64,000 nt of DNA, from positions 310,001-374,000 of IMG/VR virus record IMGVR_UViG_3300027896_005002. One strand, written 5' to 3'. A model generated the notes under the pieces. It was not told the origin of the DNA and did no database searches. It saw only the letters and a program-made list of their open reading frames with translations. A program made the translations under genes and the position numbers. Below are positions 1-7,005 of this stretch, in pieces; within the stretch, counting starts at the first letter, position 1; every line of letters starts with the position of its first letter.

Positions 1-71
1 AACCACAAAAACTTAACCTGTAACTTATATCTTACTGGCAATGAATCACTAAACAAAATTTTAAAATTCAT
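1..71 (-). CDS. hypothetical protein, 5' end only (runs off window)
   Basis: ATG at 71 with AAGGAG RBS; open frame MNFKILFSDSLPVRYKLQVKFLW to the window edge. Confidence 0.55.
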   Translation of the reverse strand, partial: MNFKILFSDSLPVRYKLQVKFLW

Positions 72-79
72 ATTTCTCC

Positions 80-439
80 TTAGTAGCAATTAGTAGCAAA
101 TATTTTTGTAATATCATCAAAATATTTGATAATTTCAGAAGGTAATAATCCGCATTCAACAGCTCGTTTACCGTTTCTGGCAATTCGAAAAATTTCAGCA
201 TCTTTATCAATAAAGAAACGTTTTCTTTTTTTAGATTTAGATTTTGAATGTTCTTGCGAATCTATAAAATCAGCAACTTGTCGTAAACAATTTGGTCTCC
301 AAAATGTTAAATCATCACTAATAAGACATAATAATTTCCGGCGACCAACTCGTTCTTTATGTATATGTCCAATTCCTCCTCCAGAATAACCTGTAACTGG
401 AAATCCTTTTGCATCAATTCCAATTTTTAATTTTTTCAT
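80..439 (-). CDS. hypothetical protein
   Basis: Track ORF 80..466; start placed at ATG 439 (MKKLKIG), directly after the ligase stop. Confidence 0.65.
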   Translation of the reverse strand: MKKLKIGIDAKGFPVTGYSGGGIGHIHKERVGRRKLLCLISDDLTFWRPNCLRQVADFIDSQEHSKSKSKKRKRFFIDKDAEIFRIARNGKRAVECGLLPSEIIKYFDDITKIFATNCY

Positions 440-440
440 C

Positions 441-2411
441 TTAGTCCACCATTGCCCAAAATTCATCTTCTGATATCATTTTAATTCCAAGTGTTTGTGC
501 CTTTGCTATCTTATTGCTATTGGATTTTATAGCCACAAGAAAATTCAAATCCTTATTCACTCGACTTATTGTTCCTCCATGAGCCTGTACCAATTCATAC
601 CATTCTTCTCGTTTATATGGCTTATTGGTCTTTGGATTTACCTTTGAAAAAGCACCAGTAACCTGAAATGATTTTCCTTGTAATTTATTGGATTCAGTTT
701 TTACAGCTTGAGCTTTCCTAATCTTAATTCCACTTGCCATCAATTTTTCAATAAGTGGTTGTCGTTGTTCCAGTCCTTCAACGATTTCTTTCGCTCTTGA
801 TGAACCAATTCCAGAAATCTTGGCTAAATCATCAACTGTAACCTCTTCCATTAATGTTCCTAAATCATATTCATCAGCTATCAATTCAGCCATAGTTTCA
901 CCAAGAGAAGGAATTGCCAAAGCACATAAAAAAGTTACAAGATCCATTTCTTTACATCTATCCAATCCATCGGTAATTTTCTTTGCTGATTTTTCTCCCA
1001 TTCGATCTAAACCAGCGATATTATTCGCCGTAAGAATAAAGAAATCTGCAGGATCCTTAATAATATTCTTATCAAACAATTGTTGAATTGTACTTTCACC
1101 CAAACTATCCATACCCATCCGCTTTTTAAGTACATCAACAAAATGCCTTATTTTTCGAAATTCTTTTCCTTCACATTCATTACTTGTGCATATGAGACTT
1201 ACACCTTCGGAACCATCATCCTTTTTTACCTTAGTAACCGGTCCATGACACATCGGACATTCGGTAGGAATTTTATACGGCTTACCAGCAGACTGTATAA
1301 CCTCCGTAACTTTTGGAATTATTTCACCTGCTTTAATCACCAATATTGTATCACCAATACCAACCTTCAATCTTTCAATTTCATCGAAATTATGAAGCGA
1401 TGCAGCTTTTACCATCGATCCATCAATATTCACAGGTTCAATTACTGCATTTGGTGTTATAACTCCTGTTCGACCAACTGTTAAAATAATATCTCTAAGA
1501 GTAGTTGCGACGCCTCTTGCATCAAATTTAAAGGCAATTTGTGCTTTTGGGTCACCACCAGGATGAAGTCCAAGATCTTTTTGTTTTTGAATACTATTAA
1601 GTTTTATCACCAAACCATCAATATTATATGGCAATTTTTCTCTATCTGATGTCGTATATTGTTCTCGAACTCTGATGACTTCCTGAGGGGAAATTAATTT
1701 ATAATTAGCAGTTACCATTTTTAAAGTATGTGACAAATAATCCATTTTTTCTGTTTCAAAACTAAATGTCACATCATCCGAAACTATATCATAAACTACA
1801 ATACAAAGCATCTCACAACCTTCGCCATCAAACCTTTTACAAATACCACTTGCCGCATTTCTAGGATTTGCATATTTTTTATCAGTGGTTTGTAATGCGT
1901 TGATTGTTTCAAAATCCTTCTTTAATAAAATAATTTCACCACGAACACTAGCCTTTATCTTCTCAGGAATATCCTTCTGAACATATTTCATTCTCAAAAC
2001 ATTAATGGTAATATCTTCACCGGTCCGACCATCACCGCGAGTTAATCCCTGAACTAATTTACCATTATCATAAATTAACTCCACTGACAATCCATCAAAT
2101 TTATCCTCGGTAACACAAACCCTTCCAACAACACCTGTCCTTTTACACCAATCATTAAATTCGGGAACTGACATCGCATTTTGAAGGGAAAACATTTTCA
2201 TCAAATGAGGAGCTTTTTGCCAACCGGAATCTTTTGATGTAGGAGCACCGGTTTCTAATAATACTTGACTATTTGAATCTAACTGTCTTAATCTTTCCAT
2301 TAAAGCATCAAAGGCCGCATCTGAAATCCTCGGTTGTTTATTATAATAAAGATATCGATGCAGCCTAATATCGCTTTCTAATCTGGCAATCTCTGGTTTG
2401 TTATTTTTCAT
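441..2411 (-). CDS. ligA: NAD-dependent DNA ligase
   Basis: Domain Ia YLYY...ISDAAFD, adenylation motif EDKFDG, LTRGDG, NPRNAASG, OB fold VGRTG, C4 zinc finger, HhH repeats, C-terminal BRCT-like domain; GGAGG RBS. Confidence 0.97.
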   Translation of the reverse strand: MKNNKPEIARLESDIRLHRYLYYNKQPRISDAAFDALMERLRQLDSNSQVLLETGAPTSKDSGWQKAPHLMKMFSLQNAMSVPEFNDWCKRTGVVGRVCVTEDKFDGLSVELIYDNGKLVQGLTRGDGRTGEDITINVLRMKYVQKDIPEKIKASVRGEIILLKKDFETINALQTTDKKYANPRNAASGICKRFDGEGCEMLCIVVYDIVSDDVTFSFETEKMDYLSHTLKMVTANYKLISPQEVIRVREQYTTSDREKLPYNIDGLVIKLNSIQKQKDLGLHPGGDPKAQIAFKFDARGVATTLRDIILTVGRTGVITPNAVIEPVNIDGSMVKAASLHNFDEIERLKVGIGDTILVIKAGEIIPKVTEVIQSAGKPYKIPTECPMCHGPVTKVKKDDGSEGVSLICTSNECEGKEFRKIRHFVDVLKKRMGMDSLGESTIQQLFDKNIIKDPADFFILTANNIAGLDRMGEKSAKKITDGLDRCKEMDLVTFLCALAIPSLGETMAELIADEYDLGTLMEEVTVDDLAKISGIGSSRAKEIVEGLEQRQPLIEKLMASGIKIRKAQAVKTESNKLQGKSFQVTGAFSKVNPKTNKPYKREEWYELVQAHGGTISRVNKDLNFLVAIKSNSNKIAKAQTLGIKMISEDEFWAMVD

Positions 2412-2478
2412 ATTTCCTCCTATATAATATAGTCATCAAAAAAGGCGTAGATTTTGGGTTTAAATGTTAAAACGAAGA

Positions 2479-2640
2479 TTATTTTTGAGGCTTTTCTTTG
2501 ACATTTTTCTTTGGATAAAAAGGATTATATTTAGCATTTATTTTGCCAATAATAATGCCGATCGCTAATCCTACTGCAAAAGTAAAACTAAAAAGAACTA
2601 ACATAAAATTTGAATGTACTGGTACAATCATATCTTGCAT
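2479..2640 (-). CDS. small single-pass membrane protein
   Basis: Hydrophobic stretch FMLVLFSFTFAVGLAIGIII and basic tail; start moved to ATG 2640 because the track start overlaps a tRNA. Confidence 0.5.
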   Translation of the reverse strand: MQDMIVPVHSNFMLVLFSFTFAVGLAIGIIIGKINAKYNPFYPKKNVKEKPQK

Positions 2641-2712
2641 ATTACTATATTCTATTTTAAAGACAATGAATAACCAGTCTTCTTTAACATCAACTTTCAA
2701 ACTAGAAAAGAG

Positions 2713-2779
2713 AGACGACAACAGGAATTGAACCTGCGTAGGCAGTTTTGCAGACTGCCAACCACTCGGACACGCCGTC
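2713..2779 (-). tRNA. tRNA-Cys(GCA), truncated D-arm, possibly a pseudogene
   Basis: Acceptor GACGGCG/TGTCGTC, U73, anticodon arm GCAGT-CTGCAAA-ACTGC, T arm GCAGG-TTCAATT-CCTGT; 3' strand of D stem missing; no encoded CCA. Confidence 0.75.
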
Positions 2780-2790
2780 TAAAATGAAGA

Positions 2791-3021
2791 CTAACTGAAG
2801 AACTTTCTTTCCTGTATCGTCAATCTAGAAATACCCTTATAATGACGCCTTGGATTGCCACAACAATACTGTGAACATCGTTTAGTAGTATTTCTCAAAT
2901 ATCTTGCTGCAATCTCTCGTTGTTTTCTAACATCTACAGAATAATAAAAATTTGACACTCTTTTACGACTCTTCTTAACACCAACAAGAAAATGATCCCT
3001 CTTGTTTTGAGGATGCGGCAT
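2791..3021 (-). CDS. small basic Cys-containing phage protein
   Basis: ATG 3021 with AAGGAG RBS; motif RNTTKRCSQYCCGNPRR...LTIQERK. Confidence 0.7.
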   Translation of the reverse strand: MPHPQNKRDHFLVGVKKSRKRVSNFYYSVDVRKQREIAARYLRNTTKRCSQYCCGNPRRHYKGISRLTIQERKFFS

Positions 3022-3084
3022 AATGACTCCTTTTGTTAGCGCCACTAAGTGCGCGTTCGTTTGGAAGCCATCATATCCTCCTTC

Positions 3085-3702
3085 TTATAAAAGATCACTA
3101 TAACTCAAATTTTTATTCTCATTACACAATTTCTTCAATCGATTTAACCACTGAAAAGTCTTTACTTTAAACATAAAAGGATGTTGTTGTTTGTGCTGAC
3201 TCTTCATCTTACATACTACACCTTCAAATGTAATTCCAGCTAATTGGTTTGTACGTATTTGATTCTCAACCTCATGATTGAAATTACCTTTATGCACAAG
3301 CTTCGGTATCCCGATATGACCATAAAGATCAATAAATTCATCTGGATTTATTATTCCACTCTTAAAAGGATTAACATCTATAAGAACAATATTATGAGGT
3401 TCTTCTATATGAAATCCGGCAAAACTACTACCTCCATAAAATTCAAAAAATGCTACTACTCTATTATATCTTTGTTTCTCAAAAACTTTATTCATCTCTT
3501 CTTCATATTTCTCTTTTATAAGATCTTGCGCATCTATAATATAATCTTGATCTGTCCCAAGCAATCGTCTTCGACTACCAAATTTCCAAAAACCCTTCTT
3601 TCTTTCCCATTCAGCTCGAATATTTGATCCATCTAACTTATCAAAAGCATAAACATAAGATCCATATCTAAGAGTAGATGTTATTGAAATATACTGTTTC
3701 AT
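3085..3702 (-). CDS. ATP-dependent RNA ligase-like nucleotidyltransferase (adenylation domain only)
   Basis: Motifs I KLDGSN, III FFEFYG, IIIa VLIDV, IV FEGVVCK, V FKVK; no OB domain. Confidence 0.8.
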   Translation of the reverse strand: MKQYISITSTLRYGSYVYAFDKLDGSNIRAEWERKKGFWKFGSRRRLLGTDQDYIIDAQDLIKEKYEEEMNKVFEKQRYNRVVAFFEFYGGSSFAGFHIEEPHNIVLIDVNPFKSGIINPDEFIDLYGHIGIPKLVHKGNFNHEVENQIRTNQLAGITFEGVVCKMKSQHKQQHPFMFKVKTFQWLNRLKKLCNENKNLSYSDLL

Positions 3703-3825
3703 ACTCTTTTTCTTATTGATGGTCTTAAAGGATGTTTTTCTAACTCATCGCCTATAGTTTCATACTCTTTTTCTTATTGATGGTCTTAAAGGATGTTTTT
3801 CTAACTCATCGCCTATAGTTTCATA
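3696..3825. repeat. exact 61-bp tandem duplication (2 copies plus 8 bp)
   Basis: Unit starting GTTTCATACTCTTTTTC at 3696 and 3757, with GTTTCATA again at 3818. Confidence 0.95.
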
Positions 3826-3975
3826 ATAACAATCATCACACATAAAACCATTTAGTACTTTCTATTTTCCAGTAACCATTGATATCGGTACTTGACACTT
3901 GCAACACTTATCACCATCTATAGTTAAAGTACCTTTATCCATCATTTCCAAAAATTCTTGTAATGTATATGACAT
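3760..3975 (-). pseudogene. CxxC...CxxC zinc-ribbon protein interrupted by an in-frame TAG
   Basis: MSYTLQEFLEMMDKGTLTIDGDKCCKCQVPISMVTGK*KVLNGFMCDDCYYETIGDELEKHPLRPSIRKRV; TAG at 3862-3864 lies between the two Cys pairs. Confidence 0.7.
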
Positions 3976-3976
3976 T

Positions 3977-4321
3977 TTACCCTAACTCGTTTGGTACAAC
4001 GCAACAATATTTTTGTCGTTCTTCTTTAAATTTTTCCCATTGCTGATTTAAATATACAAGTTTTGACTTATCATCAATTTTTGGCACTAATTCAATTTCT
4101 TTTAATGGTATTACAGTACCATATTGTTTCATATTAGGTTGTAAATTTCCAATATTATAATGATATTCTATATCTAAAAAATTACCACCAAATTTATGTC
4201 TACTAATTATGAATCCTATATCAATTTTATTATAAATACCTATTTTGGCCCAACGAGCATAAATAAAATAAAGACAACCATCTTTACAATCATCTATTTC
4301 TATCATTGATAAACATATCAT
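3977..4321 (-). CDS. hypothetical protein
   Basis: 114-aa ORF on the operon strand, filling the gap below tRNA-Cys. Confidence 0.7.
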   Translation of the reverse strand: MICLSMIEIDDCKDGCLYFIYARWAKIGIYNKIDIGFIISRHKFGGNFLDIEYHYNIGNLQPNMKQYGTVIPLKEIELVPKIDDKSKLVYLNQQWEKFKEERQKYCCVVPNELG

Positions 4322-4344
4322 ATTTGTCTCAATTACAACTTAAA

Positions 4345-4435
4345 TGGAGACGGCGGTGGGATTTGAACCCACGTTGGAGCTTTCGCTCAGCAGTTTTGCA
4401 GACTGCGATCTTCGACCAACTCGATCCACGCCGTC
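4345..4435 (-). tRNA. tRNA-Cys(GCA) with a long variable arm
   Basis: GACGGCG/CGCCGTC acceptor, U73-CCA, D stem GATC/GATC, anticodon loop CTGCAAA, extra arm GAGC-GAAA-GCTC, T arm GTGGG-TTCAAAT-CCCAC. Confidence 0.92.
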
Positions 4436-4436
4436 A

Positions 4437-5654
4437 TTAAGTATTTTCTCTAATAAAACGCCTAACCTGAGTATGAGACACATTCCATAAATTAGCAAGT
4501 TTTGAAATAGATCCCCATTTTTTTAAATCTATATTTTGTAAGTCTTGTAATCTTTGATTATGAATCTTAAATGATTTCACTTTATTCAATACAATAATAA
4601 GTTTTTCTATTTGCTTTTTTGTTTTTCGTTTTATTTGTTTTGTTGTTGTTATACTTTCTTTCTTTTGATTTATGTTTTCTTTTTTTCGATTATTTAATAG
4701 TAATAATTTGTTTTGCAATTTTTCATTAAAACTACAAACAGTTCTTTTTTTAAGTACTTCTAAAACTTCATTCAATACACTTTTAGACTCATTACAAACA
4801 ACTTTCCATGGTAATCTTATTACTTCAACACCCAAATTATTAAGCAATTCATCTTTTCGTTTATCAATTTCTTTTTGATGATTATATCTATAATGTTGTG
4901 ATCCATCAATTTCAATTGCTACATTTAAATTTTGAAAAAAGAAATCAATTCTATAAAAAGACACTCTATACTCACGAATATAATCTTTATTTAATTTATA
5001 ACCTGATGTTTGTAAAAAATTATTGAAAAATTTTTCTGCAAATGACTCGTGAAATTGTCGTTTGCACATTCTACCTTCTTTATGACTTCTTTTAATAACA
5101 TCAGACATATTTCTTTTTTCACAATTTTTTAATACATGATTTAAATCTCTCTTTGTAAAACCATTTTGTTGCCTAATAATTTTTATCGGCACATTATCAT
5201 AATAAAGTGATTTTATTTTTTTAATATTTTCAGTTGTTAAATGACATTTTTCAATATGCATTACAAAAATATTTGCAGGAAATGAATGATTACACTTATC
5301 ACAAATATACAATCCATTTGTGGATTTATATTGTGTAAAGTCGACTTTTTTATATTTTCTTATTCGTCTTAATCTTCTTGGACCTAAACCATTGCATGAA
5401 TTATAATGTATCTTATATACTTTACTGCTTATAAAATTTCCACACTTAGAACATAAAATTTCTTTAAGTTTTTTTATTTTTGGACCATTACAATACTTTA
5501 CATGATTTGACCAACTTGATTTATCTTTAAACGATGTATTACACTTATCACATTTATAATCTTTATTCTGTTTATGTCTCCATCTAAAATGATTTGCAAA
5601 TAAAGATGATGAACTAAATGGCAATTGACATTCATCACAAAAATAATTTTCCAT
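4437..5654 (-). CDS. C2H2/C2HC zinc-finger + DUF559/Vsr-like endonuclease (putative free-standing homing endonuclease)
   Basis: Four CxxC...H fingers; nuclease motif EYRVSFYRIDFF...IEIDGSQH...DKRKD; C-terminal HTH-like segment; inserted between two tRNAs. Confidence 0.8.
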   Translation of the reverse strand: MENYFCDECQLPFSSSSLFANHFRWRHKQNKDYKCDKCNTSFKDKSSWSNHVKYCNGPKIKKLKEILCSKCGNFISSKVYKIHYNSCNGLGPRRLRRIRKYKKVDFTQYKSTNGLYICDKCNHSFPANIFVMHIEKCHLTTENIKKIKSLYYDNVPIKIIRQQNGFTKRDLNHVLKNCEKRNMSDVIKRSHKEGRMCKRQFHESFAEKFFNNFLQTSGYKLNKDYIREYRVSFYRIDFFFQNLNVAIEIDGSQHYRYNHQKEIDKRKDELLNNLGVEVIRLPWKVVCNESKSVLNEVLEVLKKRTVCSFNEKLQNKLLLLNNRKKENINQKKESITTTKQIKRKTKKQIEKLIIVLNKVKSFKIHNQRLQDLQNIDLKKWGSISKLANLWNVSHTQVRRFIRENT

Positions 5655-5669
5655 TATAACTCCTTTAAA

Positions 5670-5761
5670 CGGAAGATGAGAGAATTGAACTCCCAGTCCA
5701 ATTTTTATTTGGACAACTGTTTAGCAAACAGCCCCGGCGAACCATTATCCGGCTATCTTCC
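5670..5761 (-). tRNA. tRNA-Ser(GCT)
   Basis: GGAAGAT/ATCTTCC acceptor, G73, D stem CCGG/CCGG, loop TTGCTAA, long variable arm GTCCAA/TTGGAC, T loop TTCAATT; A at position 8; no encoded CCA. Confidence 0.9.
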
Positions 5762-5835
5762 AATTATAGAAGTTATAAAGACATAATCAATTGTATTGCA
5801 ATTAATTTAACCTCTCTAAGTTTACATTTATATAA

Positions 5836-6110
5836 TGGCTGGCTCGGAGGGTTTCGAACCCCCAACCTACTGGTTACACTTATCTATATATTTCTATATA
5901 GCGTGGACTTTCTCTTCACCATTTTCTATTTCTAGAATTTAGGTGCACCGTGTAAAGTCTCTACACATAAGAACTTTTAGTTCTCTTGCTCGGGATTGCC
6001 ATAGATTTCTCTTTAGGTTTCCCCGACTTAGCGGCGAGTTCATCTAAATATTTCTATTTAGAGCTGCGTTTGACCACAGCCAGTCGCTCCGCCTATTGAG
6101 CTACGAGCCA
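5836..6110 (-). tRNA. tRNA-Asn(GTT), intron-containing (exons 6076-6110 and 5836-5876)
   Basis: Joined exons give TGGCTCG-TA-GCTC-AATAGGCG-GAGC-G-ACTGG-CTGT^TAA-CCAGT-AGGTT-GGGGG-TTCGAAA-CCCTC-CGAGCCA-G-CCA; G73 fits Asn. Confidence 0.92.
5877..6075 (-). ncRNA. group I self-splicing intron (199 nt, no ORF) at tRNA position 35/36
   Basis: P1: exon GCUGU pairs with IGS GCAGC, U.G at the splice site; P AAGUCGGGGAAA, Q GCAAUCCCGAGC, R GUAGAGACUUUAC, S GAAGAGAAAGUCC; P9 hairpin; terminal omega-G. Confidence 0.93.
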
Positions 6111-6121
6111 GTAATTTGTAC

Positions 6122-6134
6122 AATTTCAAAGAAC
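6122..6134 (-). promoter_or_regulatory. boxA-like antitermination element
   Basis: GTTCTTTGAAATT just upstream of tRNA-Asn; resembles rrn boxA. Confidence 0.55.
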
Positions 6135-6152
6135 ATAACTTCGAAAATAATA

Positions 6153-6228
6153 TGGTGGGCGCACTCCGAGTCGAACGGAGATAAGAAGATTTTCAGTCTT
6201 CCGCCTTGTCCGCGTTGGCAATACACCC
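6153..6228 (-). tRNA. tRNA-Phe(GAA)
   Basis: GGGTGTA/TGCGCCC acceptor, A73-CCA, anticodon arm GAAGA-CTGAAAA-TCTTC, T arm CTCCG-TTCGACT-CGGAG; 76 nt. Confidence 0.93.
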
Positions 6229-6230
6229 AT

Positions 6231-6243
6231 ATTTTCAAAGATC
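6231..6243 (-). promoter_or_regulatory. boxA-like antitermination element
   Basis: GATCTTTGAAAAT between the terminator and tRNA-Phe. Confidence 0.55.
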
Positions 6244-6258
6244 ATTTATACTCAAAAT

Positions 6259-6297
6259 AAAAAAGGCTCCATCAACATTTGTTGGTGGAGCCTTTTT
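6259..6297 (-). terminator. intrinsic terminator of the putative attenuator (symmetrical, may be bidirectional)
   Basis: GGCTCCACCAAC-AAAT-GTTGATGGAGCC then TTTTTT on the minus strand; one C-A mismatch. Confidence 0.85.
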
Positions 6298-6320
6298 ATA
6301 AATAATCGCCGATTATTTAT

Positions 6321-6407
6321 TTAAGCAAACTCCACCAATTCGTTTTTGCTATTAAAGCAAAAACTACTAAACATGTTATTATTACATGTTTTGGTGTAGT
6401 TTTTCAT
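6321..6407 (-). CDS. putative attenuator leader peptide MKNYTKTCNNNMFSSFCFNSKNELVEFA
   Basis: 28 codons plus TAA, AAGAGG RBS 5 nt upstream; codons 24-26 (TTGGTGGAG) are complementary to the terminator 5' arm. Confidence 0.8.
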   Translation of the reverse strand: MKNYTKTCNNNMFSSFCFNSKNELVEFA

Positions 6408-6427
6408 TATTTCCTCTTAAAATTAAA

Positions 6428-6600
6428 GTTGGCTGGCGACCCATATTCAACATCGACTTGTGATCTTCATTTTCGCCAGCTAAACCTGAAGAATAAATTC
6501 GATGTTATTAAATGGTTTTATTATAAGGCGCCCTACTTTGGGCGCCATTTTCCTCAGCTTATACCCTACGACTTAGTAGGTTGATTCTTTCGAATCTCTC
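6428..6600 (-). ncRNA. candidate structured RNA (pseudoknot plus three hairpins), family not recognised
   Basis: GC-rich complementary segments in an AT-rich intergenic region; GAAA tetraloop on the minus strand. Confidence 0.5.
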
Positions 6601-7005
6601 AAAATTTACGCAATTATAAATATAATATAAAAAAACTATTTTGTACAATTATTTGTAGGAATATAAATCCAACATAATAAAACAAAGCTGACTACTTCTA
6701 TTGTTGGTAATAAATGTTCCATAGTTTATATAATCACTTATTTATCGAAGAATGGCCTATAATCAATCTTCGAATCACTTTCTATAATTTTCCAATCACT
6801 TCCTCTTTTTTTAGAAGTTTTTTCAATCTTGCCATTATTCTTTAAAGTAATAAGGTTTGACCAGGTTAATCCATAATCAGCAAATGCCATTGGATTTTGT
6901 TCTTTTTATAAAAGAATTTATCAAAAATCAAATAAGAGAGATAATCTATGACTCCCAAGAGAATAAAAGAAGTTTTCATTTTTTATCCTTTGGTTTGTGG
7001 TAAAA

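Noticed and set aside
3696-3825. CRISPR array
   Set aside because: Head-to-tail duplication of coding sequence with no spacers.
3862-3864. Genome-wide TAG recoding suggested by the in-frame amber codon
   Set aside because: Long genes read through in the standard code, TAG ends genes at natural C-termini (e.g. 41930), and no CUA suppressor tRNA is seen.
5670-5761. tRNA-Sec (5' GGAAGAT start, long arm)
   Set aside because: Anticodon is GCT and the acceptor/T stems are 7/5.
5836-6110. Alternative splicing register giving tRNA-Thr(TGT) (cut after U33, earlier omega-G)
   Set aside because: P1 pairing GCUGU/GCAGC places the U.G pair at U35, and U1-A72/G73 fit Asn rather than Thr.
6259-6600. T-box riboswitch as the controller of the tRNA cluster
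   Set aside because: No UGGNACC T-box bulge sequence; the leader ORF explains the antiterminator.
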